The position numbers and the translations under genes are program-made. Of a DNA stretch of 64,000 nucleotides, positions 9,429-18,487 are shown one piece after another; position 1 is the first letter of the stretch, and every line of letters begins with the position of its first letter. The DNA is taken from the IMG/VR virus record IMGVR_UViG_3300028888_000049; one strand, written 5' to 3'. The notes under the pieces are model-generated. The model had not been told where the DNA came from and did no database searches. It saw only the letters and a program-made list of their open reading frames with translations. Origin of the DNA: a virus (lineage: Duplodnaviria > Caudoviricetes).

Positions 9429-10253
9429 ATGATTAAACTAACACCTGTTAAAAAGAAATACTTTGTATCAATAGAGCCATCACATTATTCTAAAAGTTTT
9501 ACTGATATTTATAACTGTAATAATACTAATAAATATTCTGGTAAAGTTACAGATTATGCAGATTATCATATTACTATTTCAAGAACAAATAGAAGAATAG
9601 ATAATTATAAATATTTTTATACAAATACGATTAAACAGATTACTGATACTGATAGTTTATTAGAAATTACAAATGATTTACTTAAATTTTTTAGTAGACG
9701 TAGCAAATATTATTGGTCAAACAGTAGATGTATTAGTTTTACTGATTTAGTATTAAGTCTATGTCAAAAGCATTTAGGTAATCATTATATTGTAAATGAT
9801 GGTGATATTTACTATTCAGAAAATAAAAGTCCTGAAGAAAATAAAAATAATATAATGCAAGCTTTACAAGATCTTTATTTGATTGATACCAACGATTTAG
9901 TATCAGATACTTTTATATCTAAAGCACAGCAAAGACATATAGATTTAGAAAAAGAAATGAATGTTAAAAAGACATTATTAAATTCGTTTTTAATGGATAA
10001 TATAAATAGTATTATAGAAGATTATGGATTAAAAGCAACAGAAAACGGTATTATATTCGAGTATAAAAATTCTTATCGTGAAGGTTTTGATAAATTTGTT
10101 ATGAAGGCTTTACATGAATTAATCGAAATACCATTAAAAGAACAACTTAATCTTGATACTAAATTTACTAAATCAAGATCTACTGCTCTTACAGATGGTT
10201 ATTCTGTATCTTGTTCTTTAAAAGATATTAGAATAAATACAAAGGAGTCATAA
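9429..10253 (+). CDS. hypothetical protein (274 aa)
   Basis: Long ORF; AAGGA RBS. Confidence 0.85.
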   Translation: MIKLTPVKKKYFVSIEPSHYSKSFTDIYNCNNTNKYSGKVTDYADYHITISRTNRRIDNYKYFYTNTIKQITDTDSLLEITNDLLKFFSRRSKYYWSNSRCISFTDLVLSLCQKHLGNHYIVNDGDIYYSENKSPEENKNNIMQALQDLYLIDTNDLVSDTFISKAQQRHIDLEKEMNVKKTLLNSFLMDNINSIIEDYGLKATENGIIFEYKNSYREGFDKFVMKALHELIEIPLKEQLNLDTKFTKSRSTALTDGYSVSCSLKDIRINTKES

Positions 10254-10517
10254 ATGTTAGATTTAGATGTTATCAACAGATATGGAACTGATAATTCATG
10301 TACATATTTTTTCCATTATAATGATTCATCTTGTCAAATGGTTAGAGTAGATGTTGAAAATAATACTATTTCAGATATGGAGGTTATAGATAATAAAGAT
10401 AAATGGTTTGAAACGTTACGTGAGTTAAATGTAATTAAGTCAAAACAACATAAACTAACATTTAAGAATCTACAAAAGCTGTTATTATTATATAAGATTA
10501 TGGGTTTTAATTTTTAA
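10254..10517 (+). CDS. C-terminal-motif family protein
   Basis: TLRELNV...KNLQKLLLLYKIMG. Confidence 0.8.
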   Translation: MLDLDVINRYGTDNSCTYFFHYNDSSCQMVRVDVENNTISDMEVIDNKDKWFETLRELNVIKSKQHKLTFKNLQKLLLLYKIMGFNF

Positions 10518-10578
10518 GGGAGAATAGATATAATGATGACAGTAATTTTATTAACAAATAATATAAGGAGTAATAATA

Positions 10579-10794
10579 ATGAGTAGTATTAAAGTAAAGT
10601 ATTTAAAAGAAAAATTAGAGTGTGCTATGTATCAATTAGAGCAACTAGACGATGAAGACAATGTTCAGCTTACGTCTAACACATACTTTTTACATGGTGC
10701 TAATAATTTCTTAGGAATTTCTGGATATGATGGAGGTTATCTTGATCTTGATCGTATTGAAGAAGCAGTTGAAAACGATGATGAAGAGGAGTAA
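10579..10794 (+). CDS. small acidic protein
   Basis: AAGGAG RBS; D/E-rich. Confidence 0.8.
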   Translation: MSSIKVKYLKEKLECAMYQLEQLDDEDNVQLTSNTYFLHGANNFLGISGYDGGYLDLDRIEEAVENDDEEE

Positions 10795-10799
10795 CAGAA

Positions 10800-11222
10800 A
10801 TGAAAGAGGTCAAAATTATATTGGTAGATGATGGAAGAAATTTTGACTGTAGATCCGAAACAGAAATATCTTATAATGCTAATTTCACTAGGCTTACAGC
10901 AGCTATTAATGAAATCTTAGATGATTTAGATGATGATCAAGTATATATTAATTTTAAGAATCCAAGTGAAAAATGTTATCCATTTTTTATTTGTAAAAAT
11001 AAAAAAGCAGAAGAAGCAAAGGCTTGCGAAATTTTTATAGATTATATATATTTTTGGGTAGAATTATATGGTGATTTAGAAAAATTTTATATCACAGTTA
11101 TCAAATATTTTCCAGAACTTATTGACCAAGTAGTAGAAGATATAATAGAAGAAGGATATGATGATCCTGCTGATTATGATGTTAATATTGAAAAATTAAA
11201 ACAACAATATTTAAAAGAATAA
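10800..11222 (+). CDS. acidic hypothetical protein
   Basis: GAGGAG RBS. Confidence 0.8.
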   Translation: MKEVKIILVDDGRNFDCRSETEISYNANFTRLTAAINEILDDLDDDQVYINFKNPSEKCYPFFICKNKKAEEAKACEIFIDYIYFWVELYGDLEKFYITVIKYFPELIDQVVEDIIEEGYDDPADYDVNIEKLKQQYLKE

Positions 11223-11235
11223 AGGAGTAAAAAAT

Positions 11236-11616
11236 ATGATAAAAGTATTAAATAATATTGACATAATTATAACCGGTAAAAATATTTATTATAATTATAA
11301 CGATATATTATATACAAAAGAACAATTCGAAGATAAATATATTTTACATGTAGATACACCTTCAAAACCACAAGAAGAAATTAAAGACTTGTTTGATATT
11401 GAAGGTAATATCTGTGTTAAACTTCAAAAAAGTGATTATGTTAAATTTAGTTTTGATAATGAATATGATCAACATATTTCTGGTGAAGGTATAATCACTA
11501 GAGTAGAGTATGATGATAATGATAGAATGGAAGATTGTTATGTAGTTAGAACTAGTAACGATCCATTAGAAACTATTATTATCTATGGTCGCGACATTGA
11601 CGAAGCATGGAGGTAA
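11236..11616 (+). CDS. acidic hypothetical protein
   Basis: AAGGAG RBS. Confidence 0.8.
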   Translation: MIKVLNNIDIIITGKNIYYNYNDILYTKEQFEDKYILHVDTPSKPQEEIKDLFDIEGNICVKLQKSDYVKFSFDNEYDQHISGEGIITRVEYDDNDRMEDCYVVRTSNDPLETIIIYGRDIDEAWR

Positions 11617-11619
11617 GTA

Positions 11620-11781
11620 ATGGATGAATTATATATTGAACAATTTAATGATGATGACGTAAAGTGTTATGGAATGTGTCTTAGTGATTATGGAGTATTC
11701 GATAACACAGGTCATTGTTATTTTTATGGATCTAAAGGAGAGTGTGAAGCATATCTCATTAAAAGAAAAGGAAGTAATTAA
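11620..11781 (+). CDS. 53-aa protein (not in ORF track)
   Basis: GGAGGT RBS; MDELYIEQFNDDDVKCYG...KGSN*. Confidence 0.7.
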   Translation: MDELYIEQFNDDDVKCYGMCLSDYGVFDNTGHCYFYGSKGECEAYLIKRKGSN

Positions 11782-11918
11782 TGACTGTTACTAATATAAT
11801 ATTGTTACTTCTCTGGATTACATGGATGTTTAGTATATATCTTAGACATAAAGAAAACATGGTTAATCTTGAGATATTAAAAATGTTAAAAGATAACGAA
11901 ATTAATGGAGGTAAATGA
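11781..11918 (+). CDS. 45-aa single-TM protein (not in ORF track)
   Basis: TAATG overlap; MTVTNIILLLLWITWMFSIYL...; ATGA overlap with next gene. Confidence 0.7.
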   Translation: MTVTNIILLLLWITWMFSIYLRHKENMVNLEILKMLKDNEINGGK

Positions 11919-12211
11919 TGTTTGTTCTTGAAGTAAAACAAAATACATACGTTAATGCTTTTGATTCAACAACCAAACAAGACTTAGGTGATGAATCTGG
12001 TGAGTATGAATTGCAACCTGGATTATATCCAATTCATGAATTTGATGTTGATATAAATCAAGTATATTGCATGACTATTCTTAAAGACAATAAACTTATT
12101 GAGATTCAATTTCTTGATGAGGGTGATGAAGCTGATGAGCCACTCACTAATTATCTTGATATTAAATACTTGAAACAGTTTAATTTTTCAATGTTAAAAG
12201 GATATAAATAA
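11915..12211 (+). CDS. acidic hypothetical protein
   Basis: GGAGGT RBS. Confidence 0.8.
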   Translation: MMFVLEVKQNTYVNAFDSTTKQDLGDESGEYELQPGLYPIHEFDVDINQVYCMTILKDNKLIEIQFLDEGDEADEPLTNYLDIKYLKQFNFSMLKGYK

Positions 12212-12621
12212 TGACTAATTTATATTTCGTACAAGGAATACCAACAAGTTATGCTATGCCAGATTTGTTTGTATTTAGTAATAAAAGAAAAGCTGAATCA
12301 GCTAAAAAAATAATTGAAGATTTTTATGATTCAATGTGCTTTGATCAAGTATATGAAATTAAAGAAGTTGATATTACAAATTTAAATATTAAAGACAACA
12401 AATTATATTGTGTAGTTGGAGCAGTAACACCTCTTGAAACACAAACTTGGATATTCGATACTAAAACAGAAGCTGAGAAAAAAGAAAACGAATTGTGGGA
12501 TGATCCTAATCGTTTTAATGATGCTCAATTTTATACTACAGAAATAGATTTGAATAATCTAAATACTATAAAATCCATAAGAGATTTTATTAAAGAACAA
12601 AAAGAATACTATGAAGATTGA
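12211..12621 (+). CDS. hypothetical protein with two internal F-x-(N/T)-K-x-x-A-E repeats
   Basis: VFSNKRKAE and IFDTKTEAE halves. Confidence 0.8.
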   Translation: MTNLYFVQGIPTSYAMPDLFVFSNKRKAESAKKIIEDFYDSMCFDQVYEIKEVDITNLNIKDNKLYCVVGAVTPLETQTWIFDTKTEAEKKENELWDDPNRFNDAQFYTTEIDLNNLNTIKSIRDFIKEQKEYYED

Positions 12622-12635
12622 AAGGAGGTAAAATC

Positions 12636-12908
12636 ATGTTTGTAGTAAAAATATATCAAGAAACAGATGATGATCGAATCCATGATACTGATAGTTATTA
12701 TTTTAACACAGAAGCTGAAGCCAAAGCATTTGAAGAAGCAATGAATAAAAAAGGTAAAGAACTTTTAAATAGATGGGTATATGTAAAATTTAATGTATGG
12801 AGTTATAAAATTGAACCTCAAACATTGTCTGATGCTTTAAAAGATGCTAATGAATGGTATGATGCTGTGTTAGATAGTGGTGATGAAGAGGAGCAAGATG
12901 ATGACTAA
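12636..12908 (+). CDS. small acidic protein (FNTEAEA motif)
   Basis: AGGAGG RBS before ATG 12636. Confidence 0.8.
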   Translation: MFVVKIYQETDDDRIHDTDSYYFNTEAEAKAFEEAMNKKGKELLNRWVYVKFNVWSYKIEPQTLSDALKDANEWYDAVLDSGDEEEQDDD

Positions 12909-13320
12909 ACAATATGTTACTGCTGATGAGCTTAAGAAAGCTGCAGACTATCTTGCTTCTACTAAAGAAGAAGGTGGTTGTTATCGTTGGAAAGTATATG
13001 CTAATACTGAGGACAATAAAGATATAAGTATTGTCTTAGGTTGGACAGATGGTTTTGATAAGAATGATCCTGATAAAGATAAATATCAAGATGATACTTG
13101 GAGACTTGCTGTTAAAGTAGGTTATCAACCATCTAACAGTATAATGCAATGTGATTATGATATAGACTTTTATCTTCCATATAATCCAGACACTGGTGAT
13201 GTATGTGATGATTGTGAGTATTGCATATATGAAACAACAGACTTTGAAGCATTAGCTAAAGATATTAATAAGAATACTTCTTGGGTAATTAAACATTGGA
13301 AGGAGTTAGGACATGAATAA
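12898..13320 (+). CDS. acidic hypothetical protein
   Basis: GAGGAG RBS before ATG 12898/12901. Confidence 0.8.
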   Translation: MMTKQYVTADELKKAADYLASTKEEGGCYRWKVYANTEDNKDISIVLGWTDGFDKNDPDKDKYQDDTWRLAVKVGYQPSNSIMQCDYDIDFYLPYNPDTGDVCDDCEYCIYETTDFEALAKDINKNTSWVIKHWKELGHE

Positions 13321-13564
13321 ATACAAAGTACCAGTAAAACTTATCTTTACAGGAACAGTTGATGTTTTAGCTGAAGATGAAGAAAAAGCAAAGAATATCG
13401 TTTCAACTAACTTTAGTGGAATGCTTGCCTATGCTGAAAATAATTGTTGTGATAGCATTGAAGAATGGGATATAGATATTCATGGTGATACTGAACTAAA
13501 TGAAGATGAAGAAGTTGAATTAATCGGAGCAGTAATCGATGAAGAGGAGTTAAGCGATGAGTAA
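13313..13564 (+). CDS. small highly acidic protein
   Basis: AAGGAG RBS; D/E-rich. Confidence 0.8.
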   Translation: MNKYKVPVKLIFTGTVDVLAEDEEKAKNIVSTNFSGMLAYAENNCCDSIEEWDIDIHGDTELNEDEEVELIGAVIDEEELSDE

Positions 13565-13757
13565 ATATAATGTATGTTATTGGTACGATACTGAAGATAA
13601 AGCTTGGAATTCTATAGAAATAGATGATGAGTTTACTAGAGGAGATAACATAGTAACAGTTGTTGATAAGACAGATACACATGTTACTATTGAATATCAT
13701 TCTGGTAAACGTATCAAACTTACTAGAGAACAAGCACTTAATAGTTTATATTGTTAG
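13557..13757 (+). CDS. small hypothetical protein
   Basis: GAGGAG RBS. Confidence 0.75.
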   Translation: MSKYNVCYWYDTEDKAWNSIEIDDEFTRGDNIVTVVDKTDTHVTIEYHSGKRIKLTREQALNSLYC

Positions 13758-13778
13758 ATCATTGAAAGGAGTTATAAT

Positions 13779-13985
13779 ATGTATAAAATATATACAATAA
13801 CAATTGTTACTGCTGATAATAATAAAACTTGGTATTTTACAGATGAAGATATGAAAGATGAAGTATTAGATTACATTGATACATTAGGTATTGAAGATAA
13901 GATTGATATACAGACTGATGAATTCTTTGCTAACTCAAATGTTGATACCACTGAACGAGAAATATTTAATTTTCTTAATGGTTAA
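13779..13985 (+). CDS. small acidic protein
   Basis: AAGGAG RBS. Confidence 0.8.
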   Translation: MYKIYTITIVTADNNKTWYFTDEDMKDEVLDYIDTLGIEDKIDIQTDEFFANSNVDTTEREIFNFLNG

Positions 13986-14003
13986 TACGAAAGGAGTATT
14001 CTA

Positions 14004-14429
14004 ATGAGTAATCCAATTTCTAGTACTAAACACCAATGGGTATTTAAAGGTCATCCATTAATTAAAGCAGTAGCTGATAAAGCTAAAGCAGAAGGTTACA
14101 GGGTATTTTTAAATGTCGATGGTGGTTCTTGTTTTCCAGAAGGTACATATGGTTTTATTACACCACAAGATGGTAGTAAGATATTATATTTTCAAATGCA
14201 ACCATTTAATATGTATGTAGAATTTAGTGTTCAGATTGTACCATCAAAAGTATTTGGTTCTAGCTATCACATTAATAATGATGATATTTGTTGTTTAGAA
14301 GATGTTGATAAGTACTTGAATTTGAAAAGTATTTTCGATAATATGAGAAATATGGAAGATCGAACATTATACACATTAGATATGCATATGAATGATCAAT
14401 GGGGATTAAGCAATTATGCTGAATATTAA
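14004..14429 (+). CDS. hypothetical protein
   Basis: AAGGAG RBS. Confidence 0.8.
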   Translation: MSNPISSTKHQWVFKGHPLIKAVADKAKAEGYRVFLNVDGGSCFPEGTYGFITPQDGSKILYFQMQPFNMYVEFSVQIVPSKVFGSSYHINNDDICCLEDVDKYLNLKSIFDNMRNMEDRTLYTLDMHMNDQWGLSNYAEY

Positions 14430-14456
14430 TAACATATATATGAAAGGAGTAAGATT

Positions 14457-14777
14457 ATGAGTTATGAACAAAAATATGATAAAGATATTTTAGCTGAAGA
14501 AACTATCAATGTTGATGGTGATGACTACACTTGCTATATTTTAGATGATAAAGATTATTATAATGTACATGTTGTTGATGATCATTATCATGATGATGAA
14601 GGTAATACATTAAGACTTCAAGAACCAAAGGAATGTGTAAGTTTAGATAAGGTTACTTCTAAACCATTCATGTTATCACAAATCATGGAACATGTTTTAT
14701 GGCACATGTGTTATGGTGAAAACAGAAAAATGTATGACTTCAGTATTGATTATGAAGAAAATGATTTAAACTATTAA
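14457..14777 (+). CDS. acidic hypothetical protein
   Basis: AAGGAG RBS. Confidence 0.8.
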   Translation: MSYEQKYDKDILAEETINVDGDDYTCYILDDKDYYNVHVVDDHYHDDEGNTLRLQEPKECVSLDKVTSKPFMLSQIMEHVLWHMCYGENRKMYDFSIDYEENDLNY

Positions 14778-14805
14778 TTTCTAATATCACGAAGGAGAAT
14801 ATACG

Positions 14806-15159
14806 ATGTCTAATACTTTTAAAATGGGTGTATATGTATACAGAACAAATGCTTGGGGTGATTGTTCGTTAGATGGTATTACATCTAAGAATGATAGACT
14901 TGAAGCATGTTGGAATACAAAAGATATTTATAAAAATCCAGATCCAGAAGTTGCTAAGAAATGTGATCTTATCATTCGAGCAGATGAAATCTGTGGTGGA
15001 TTGAAATGTATTCGTGCTTGGGTTGTTGATAAAGAAACCGGTGAACCTACAAAACGCTGGGGAATGTGTGGAGGAAATTTTGTTTATAGTTCTGATGGCA
15101 GATTTCCAAAACTATTAGACTTTCCTGAACCAATACAAGTTATGGATAGATTCGAATAA
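14806..15159 (+). CDS. hypothetical phage protein (GGNFVYSSDGRF motif)
   Basis: AAGGAG RBS. Confidence 0.8.
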   Translation: MSNTFKMGVYVYRTNAWGDCSLDGITSKNDRLEACWNTKDIYKNPDPEVAKKCDLIIRADEICGGLKCIRAWVVDKETGEPTKRWGMCGGNFVYSSDGRFPKLLDFPEPIQVMDRFE

Positions 15160-15170
15160 AAGAAATTGAA

Positions 15171-15210
15171 ATTTTTGGTTTTACTTTTTAATTATTAATA
15201 TTATAATTAT
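15171..15210 (+). promoter_or_regulatory. class 1 (sigma70-like) promoter
   Basis: TTTTTGGTTTTACT-N16-TATAAT; motif repeated about 15 times in the window. Confidence 0.7.
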
Positions 15211-15245
15211 ATTAAGGTTTAATTTTGATTTGGAGGATACAATTT

Positions 15246-15305
15246 ATGAAAAAATCTACTAGTCTTATTATATCACTTTTAGGTAAACGTAAAGGAGGTA
15301 AATAA
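15246..15305 (+). CDS. 19-aa leader-like peptide
   Basis: GGAGG RBS; MKKSTSLIISLLGKRKGGK*; its end contains the next gene's RBS. Confidence 0.4.
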   Translation: MKKSTSLIISLLGKRKGGK

Positions 15306-15309
15306 CTAG

Positions 15310-15612
15310 ATGACATTTGAAATTGATTATGTCAATAAAATGGTATCTGAGTTTTTAGGATTTAATATTCCATTAAATACTTTTGTGTCCATGGAAAAAG
15401 ATACTAATAAATATTTAATAAACTTAGATACAAATAAAATAAAAAATATGGATTCATTTCTTAATATGTTATCCTATAAATTATCAAGTGTTAGTGAAAA
15501 TATCGCAATTAACATTGGTAAAAGAACAACTATTATTATGGATGAAGATACTTTGATTAGATTTATAAATATTGTTAACATTAAAAAAGGAGATTTAAAA
15601 TGTGGTATGTAG
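15310..15612 (+). CDS. hypothetical protein, divergent C-terminal-motif family member
   Basis: AGGAGG RBS; DEDTLIRFINIVNIKKG. Confidence 0.75.
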   Translation: MTFEIDYVNKMVSEFLGFNIPLNTFVSMEKDTNKYLINLDTNKIKNMDSFLNMLSYKLSSVSENIAINIGKRTTIIMDEDTLIRFINIVNIKKGDLKCGM

Positions 15613-15734
15613 TATTAAATGGTAAAAGAATTCCTGTTCCTTACAGAACTTATGATGAATGTATGGCAGAATGTCGTAGACTTCAAGAAACTATGTGTGC
15701 AGTAGCAGTACATCCTGAATTAGTTAATGACTAA
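15600..15734 (+). CDS. 44-aa protein (not in ORF track)
   Basis: AAGGAG RBS; MWYVVLNGKRIPVPYRTYDEC...VND*. Confidence 0.7.
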   Translation: MWYVVLNGKRIPVPYRTYDECMAECRRLQETMCAVAVHPELVND

Positions 15735-15749
15735 TAAAAGGAATTTAGT

Positions 15750-15935
15750 ATGATAAAAGTTATAGTCGAATTTTATAATGACAAACATCCATTAGGTTCA
15801 AAAGATAATACTAGATTACATCTTGGAGCACGTGATGAAGAACATGCTAAAAAGATTATAGAAGACTCTAAAAAATTCTTTAGTGAATCAATGTTTGGAT
15901 GGAAAGTCAATACAAAAATAATTAGAAATGACTGA
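15750..15935 (+). CDS. small hypothetical protein
   Basis: AAGGA RBS. Confidence 0.75.
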   Translation: MIKVIVEFYNDKHPLGSKDNTRLHLGARDEEHAKKIIEDSKKFFSESMFGWKVNTKIIRND

Positions 15936-15988
15936 GATTAAATTCTCGATATTATTATGTTTATTTCTTTTGAAGGAGAATACATAGT

Positions 15989-16276
15989 ATGGAGATAGAA
16001 TTAAGTATAGTGAAAAAGGATTCTACGGGAGTTTATTGGGTTGTATTTCGTATTATTAACAACGACTGTATTGTTTATAACAAAGCTATGTATAGATTAT
16101 TATTAAGGGAAATAAAAAACTCAGGCTTAAAAATAATAAAAAGCTATGAGCATAAAGGCTATTATAAACTAACTCTTACAAAAGATGCTATTGAAAAATT
16201 ATGCTTTTTTATTAAGCTTTATAAAAAACGAATGAATGCATTAGATACTGAAAATGTTATTTATTATGAATTTTAG
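15989..16276 (+). CDS. C-terminal-motif family protein
   Basis: KDAIEKLCFFIKLY. Confidence 0.8.
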   Translation: MEIELSIVKKDSTGVYWVVFRIINNDCIVYNKAMYRLLLREIKNSGLKIIKSYEHKGYYKLTLTKDAIEKLCFFIKLYKKRMNALDTENVIYYEF

Positions 16277-16290
16277 AAAGGAAGTATAAA

Positions 16291-16605
16291 ATGAAAAAAG
16301 AAAAAGAGTTTAAATTAACCGAAGTAAAAGTTATTAATTATGGATTAGTCTTAAGTATAAAGATTAATAACTTTGCTTTTAGAATTATATATGACTTTTA
16401 TTATAATACATTTATGTTAGAAGTTGATTGTCATATTTCTACTACAAAAGGAAAAGCTTTTGAATACTTTTGCAATATCTTTAATTTAAAAATTAAACCA
16501 GATGATAGAGGATGGTATAATGATATTGCTTTAGAATATGATGATTATTTAAAAATAGTATCACAACTTAAATCAATGGGTATCAAATATAAATATGGAG
16601 ATTAA
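16291..16605 (+). CDS. C-terminal-motif family protein (paralog of next)
   Basis: Starts MKKEKEFKL; DDYLKIVSQLKSMG. Confidence 0.8.
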   Translation: MKKEKEFKLTEVKVINYGLVLSIKINNFAFRIIYDFYYNTFMLEVDCHISTTKGKAFEYFCNIFNLKIKPDDRGWYNDIALEYDDYLKIVSQLKSMGIKYKYGD

Positions 16606-16607
16606 TC

Positions 16608-16907
16608 ATGAAAAAAGAAAAAGAGTTTAAATTAAATGGAGTTTCGGTCATTGAGTATGGAAGAACTTTAAGTATTAAAATTGGTAATGAGTCATTTCAT
16701 ATTATTTATGATTTTGAAGAAGATTGTTTTATATTAATTGGTGATATGCCTGTTATTAAAGGTGAAAATTATAAAAAATTTTGTGATTACTTTAATCTAC
16801 CACTCGAAACTTATTGTGGTGGTATGTATTATAAGAATGTAAAGCTTGACTATGATACATATAAAAAGCTAAGAATGCAATTTAAAATATTAGGTTATTT
16901 ATTATAA
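16608..16907 (+). CDS. C-terminal-motif family protein (paralog of previous)
   Basis: Starts MKKEKEFKL; DTYKKLRMQFKILG. Confidence 0.8.
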   Translation: MKKEKEFKLNGVSVIEYGRTLSIKIGNESFHIIYDFEEDCFILIGDMPVIKGENYKKFCDYFNLPLETYCGGMYYKNVKLDYDTYKKLRMQFKILGYLL

Positions 16908-16982
16908 AGAAGTTAAACTAAAACCTTTTGATAAAATAATGAAAGAAACTTGTAAACAATATAATTAATAAAGGAGGTTAAT

Positions 16983-17354
16983 ATGACTTCTATAACTAGA
17001 TATTATAATAAAAAAGGTCAAATAATAGATGAAGAACCTAACAGAGGACCATATTACTATTTAGATTTATTAGATTGTGCAGGAATGCATATACGTATTT
17101 ATAAAGAATATGCACATAGTATGATAGAGTTAGCTGAGGTAAGTTATGATAGGTTATATGTAGAAGGTGAGAAGGATTATAGGTTTGCTAAGGTATATTT
17201 TAGAGTAGGTAATTATAGGGAATATTTTGAGAATAAAAATAATATAAATTTATTTATTATGATCGTTAAAATACAAGCTGCATTATCTGATTTACCAAAG
17301 AGTTTAGTTGATGATTATATTAAACTTATAATAGAAAATATAATTGAGGAGTAA
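16983..17354 (+). CDS. hypothetical protein
   Basis: AGGAGG RBS. Confidence 0.8.
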   Translation: MTSITRYYNKKGQIIDEEPNRGPYYYLDLLDCAGMHIRIYKEYAHSMIELAEVSYDRLYVEGEKDYRFAKVYFRVGNYREYFENKNNINLFIMIVKIQAALSDLPKSLVDDYIKLIIENIIEE

Positions 17355-17358
17355 ACAA

Positions 17359-17712
17359 ATGAAAACAGATATCTCTAAAGAAATTTTAAAAGATATTGGT
17401 AAAGCACTTACGGATATTTTTATTAAGAATAATTTAATACCAAATAAATATGTATCAATATCTGTGCAAAAAGCTAAAAAATTTAGAGTATTATATGAAG
17501 AAAAATCTGATACAACTTGGTATGCGTTAACAATTACTAGATGGGTTTTTGAAGGAATTGATCCAAAATGGAGTATTAAAAGAATAAAATTTATAGAAAA
17601 GTTATTGAATGAAAAAATAGCTGACGTGTGTAAAAATATATTTAAAGATGATTTATTTTTGACTGACGAACAAGTGAATAAATTATATATAATGTCAAAA
17701 ATTTATAATTGA
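17359..17712 (+). CDS. C-terminal-motif family protein
   Basis: EQVNKLYIMSKIY; paralog of 18159 and 18488. Confidence 0.8.
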   Translation: MKTDISKEILKDIGKALTDIFIKNNLIPNKYVSISVQKAKKFRVLYEEKSDTTWYALTITRWVFEGIDPKWSIKRIKFIEKLLNEKIADVCKNIFKDDLFLTDEQVNKLYIMSKIYN

Positions 17713-17769
17713 TTTGTCTTATTTGTTTTTATATTGTAATATGTATTTATAAACTAAAAGGAAGTTAAT

Positions 17770-18138
17770 ATGAATAAAGAATGTGAAGAATTAATTAATG
17801 AAGTTACAGCAACTATTTGTACAAAAGATAATATATTTAATGCTTTAGATAATCTAGAATATATTATTGATACTGTAAAACACAATGTTATTAGTGAAAA
17901 ATTTACTAAAGTTTATCTTATCAACGGTAATCCAAATGATGTACGTCGAGAAATTAGTGCTAAGTATGGTTTTAGATGTAGTTGGGAAGGTTCACCAGAA
18001 ACATGTGGTATTATTACAGTATATGTACCAAAAGATAAATGTACCAAAGCATTACTAGATAGCTTTAAAAAATATGATAAACTACTTGGTGCTCTTGGTA
18101 CTAGTGATCCATGTAGAACATATCCAACTATAGATTAG
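17770..18138 (+). CDS. hypothetical protein
   Basis: AAGGA RBS. Confidence 0.8.
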   Translation: MNKECEELINEVTATICTKDNIFNALDNLEYIIDTVKHNVISEKFTKVYLINGNPNDVRREISAKYGFRCSWEGSPETCGIITVYVPKDKCTKALLDSFKKYDKLLGALGTSDPCRTYPTID

Positions 18139-18158
18139 CTGAAAGGTTAGATATAAAT

Positions 18159-18476
18159 ATGAGAATTTATGAAATTGAAAGCTATTTAACTAATATATTT
18201 AAGAAAAATAAGCTTTTAAAAGATAATTATTCAGTATTTATAATATATATAGCAAATAATAGTATCTTTTATAATTATGAGAGTGAATCAGAAGCAAAAT
18301 ATTATATATTTGTAGGGTGTTTAAAAAATACCAAAACTGAAATTCCTTTTGGAATACGAAGAAGAAAGTTTTTAGAAACTTTACTTAATAAACAACTTAA
18401 ATGTACTACTTATAATTTAAAGTGTTGTCAAGAAGATTTAGAAAAATTATATGTATTATCAAAAATTATGCAGTGA
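18159..18476 (+). CDS. C-terminal-motif family protein
   Basis: EDLEKLYVLSKIMQ. Confidence 0.8.
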   Translation: MRIYEIESYLTNIFKKNKLLKDNYSVFIIYIANNSIFYNYESESEAKYYIFVGCLKNTKTEIPFGIRRRKFLETLLNKQLKCTTYNLKCCQEDLEKLYVLSKIMQ

Positions 18477-18487
18477 GGAGGTATATA

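Noticed and set aside
16895-16966. Programmed frameshift extending 16608..16907 (alternative frame YKEVKLKPFDK...YN*)
   Set aside because: No slippery heptamer or stimulatory structure seen; more likely a remnant or chance frame.
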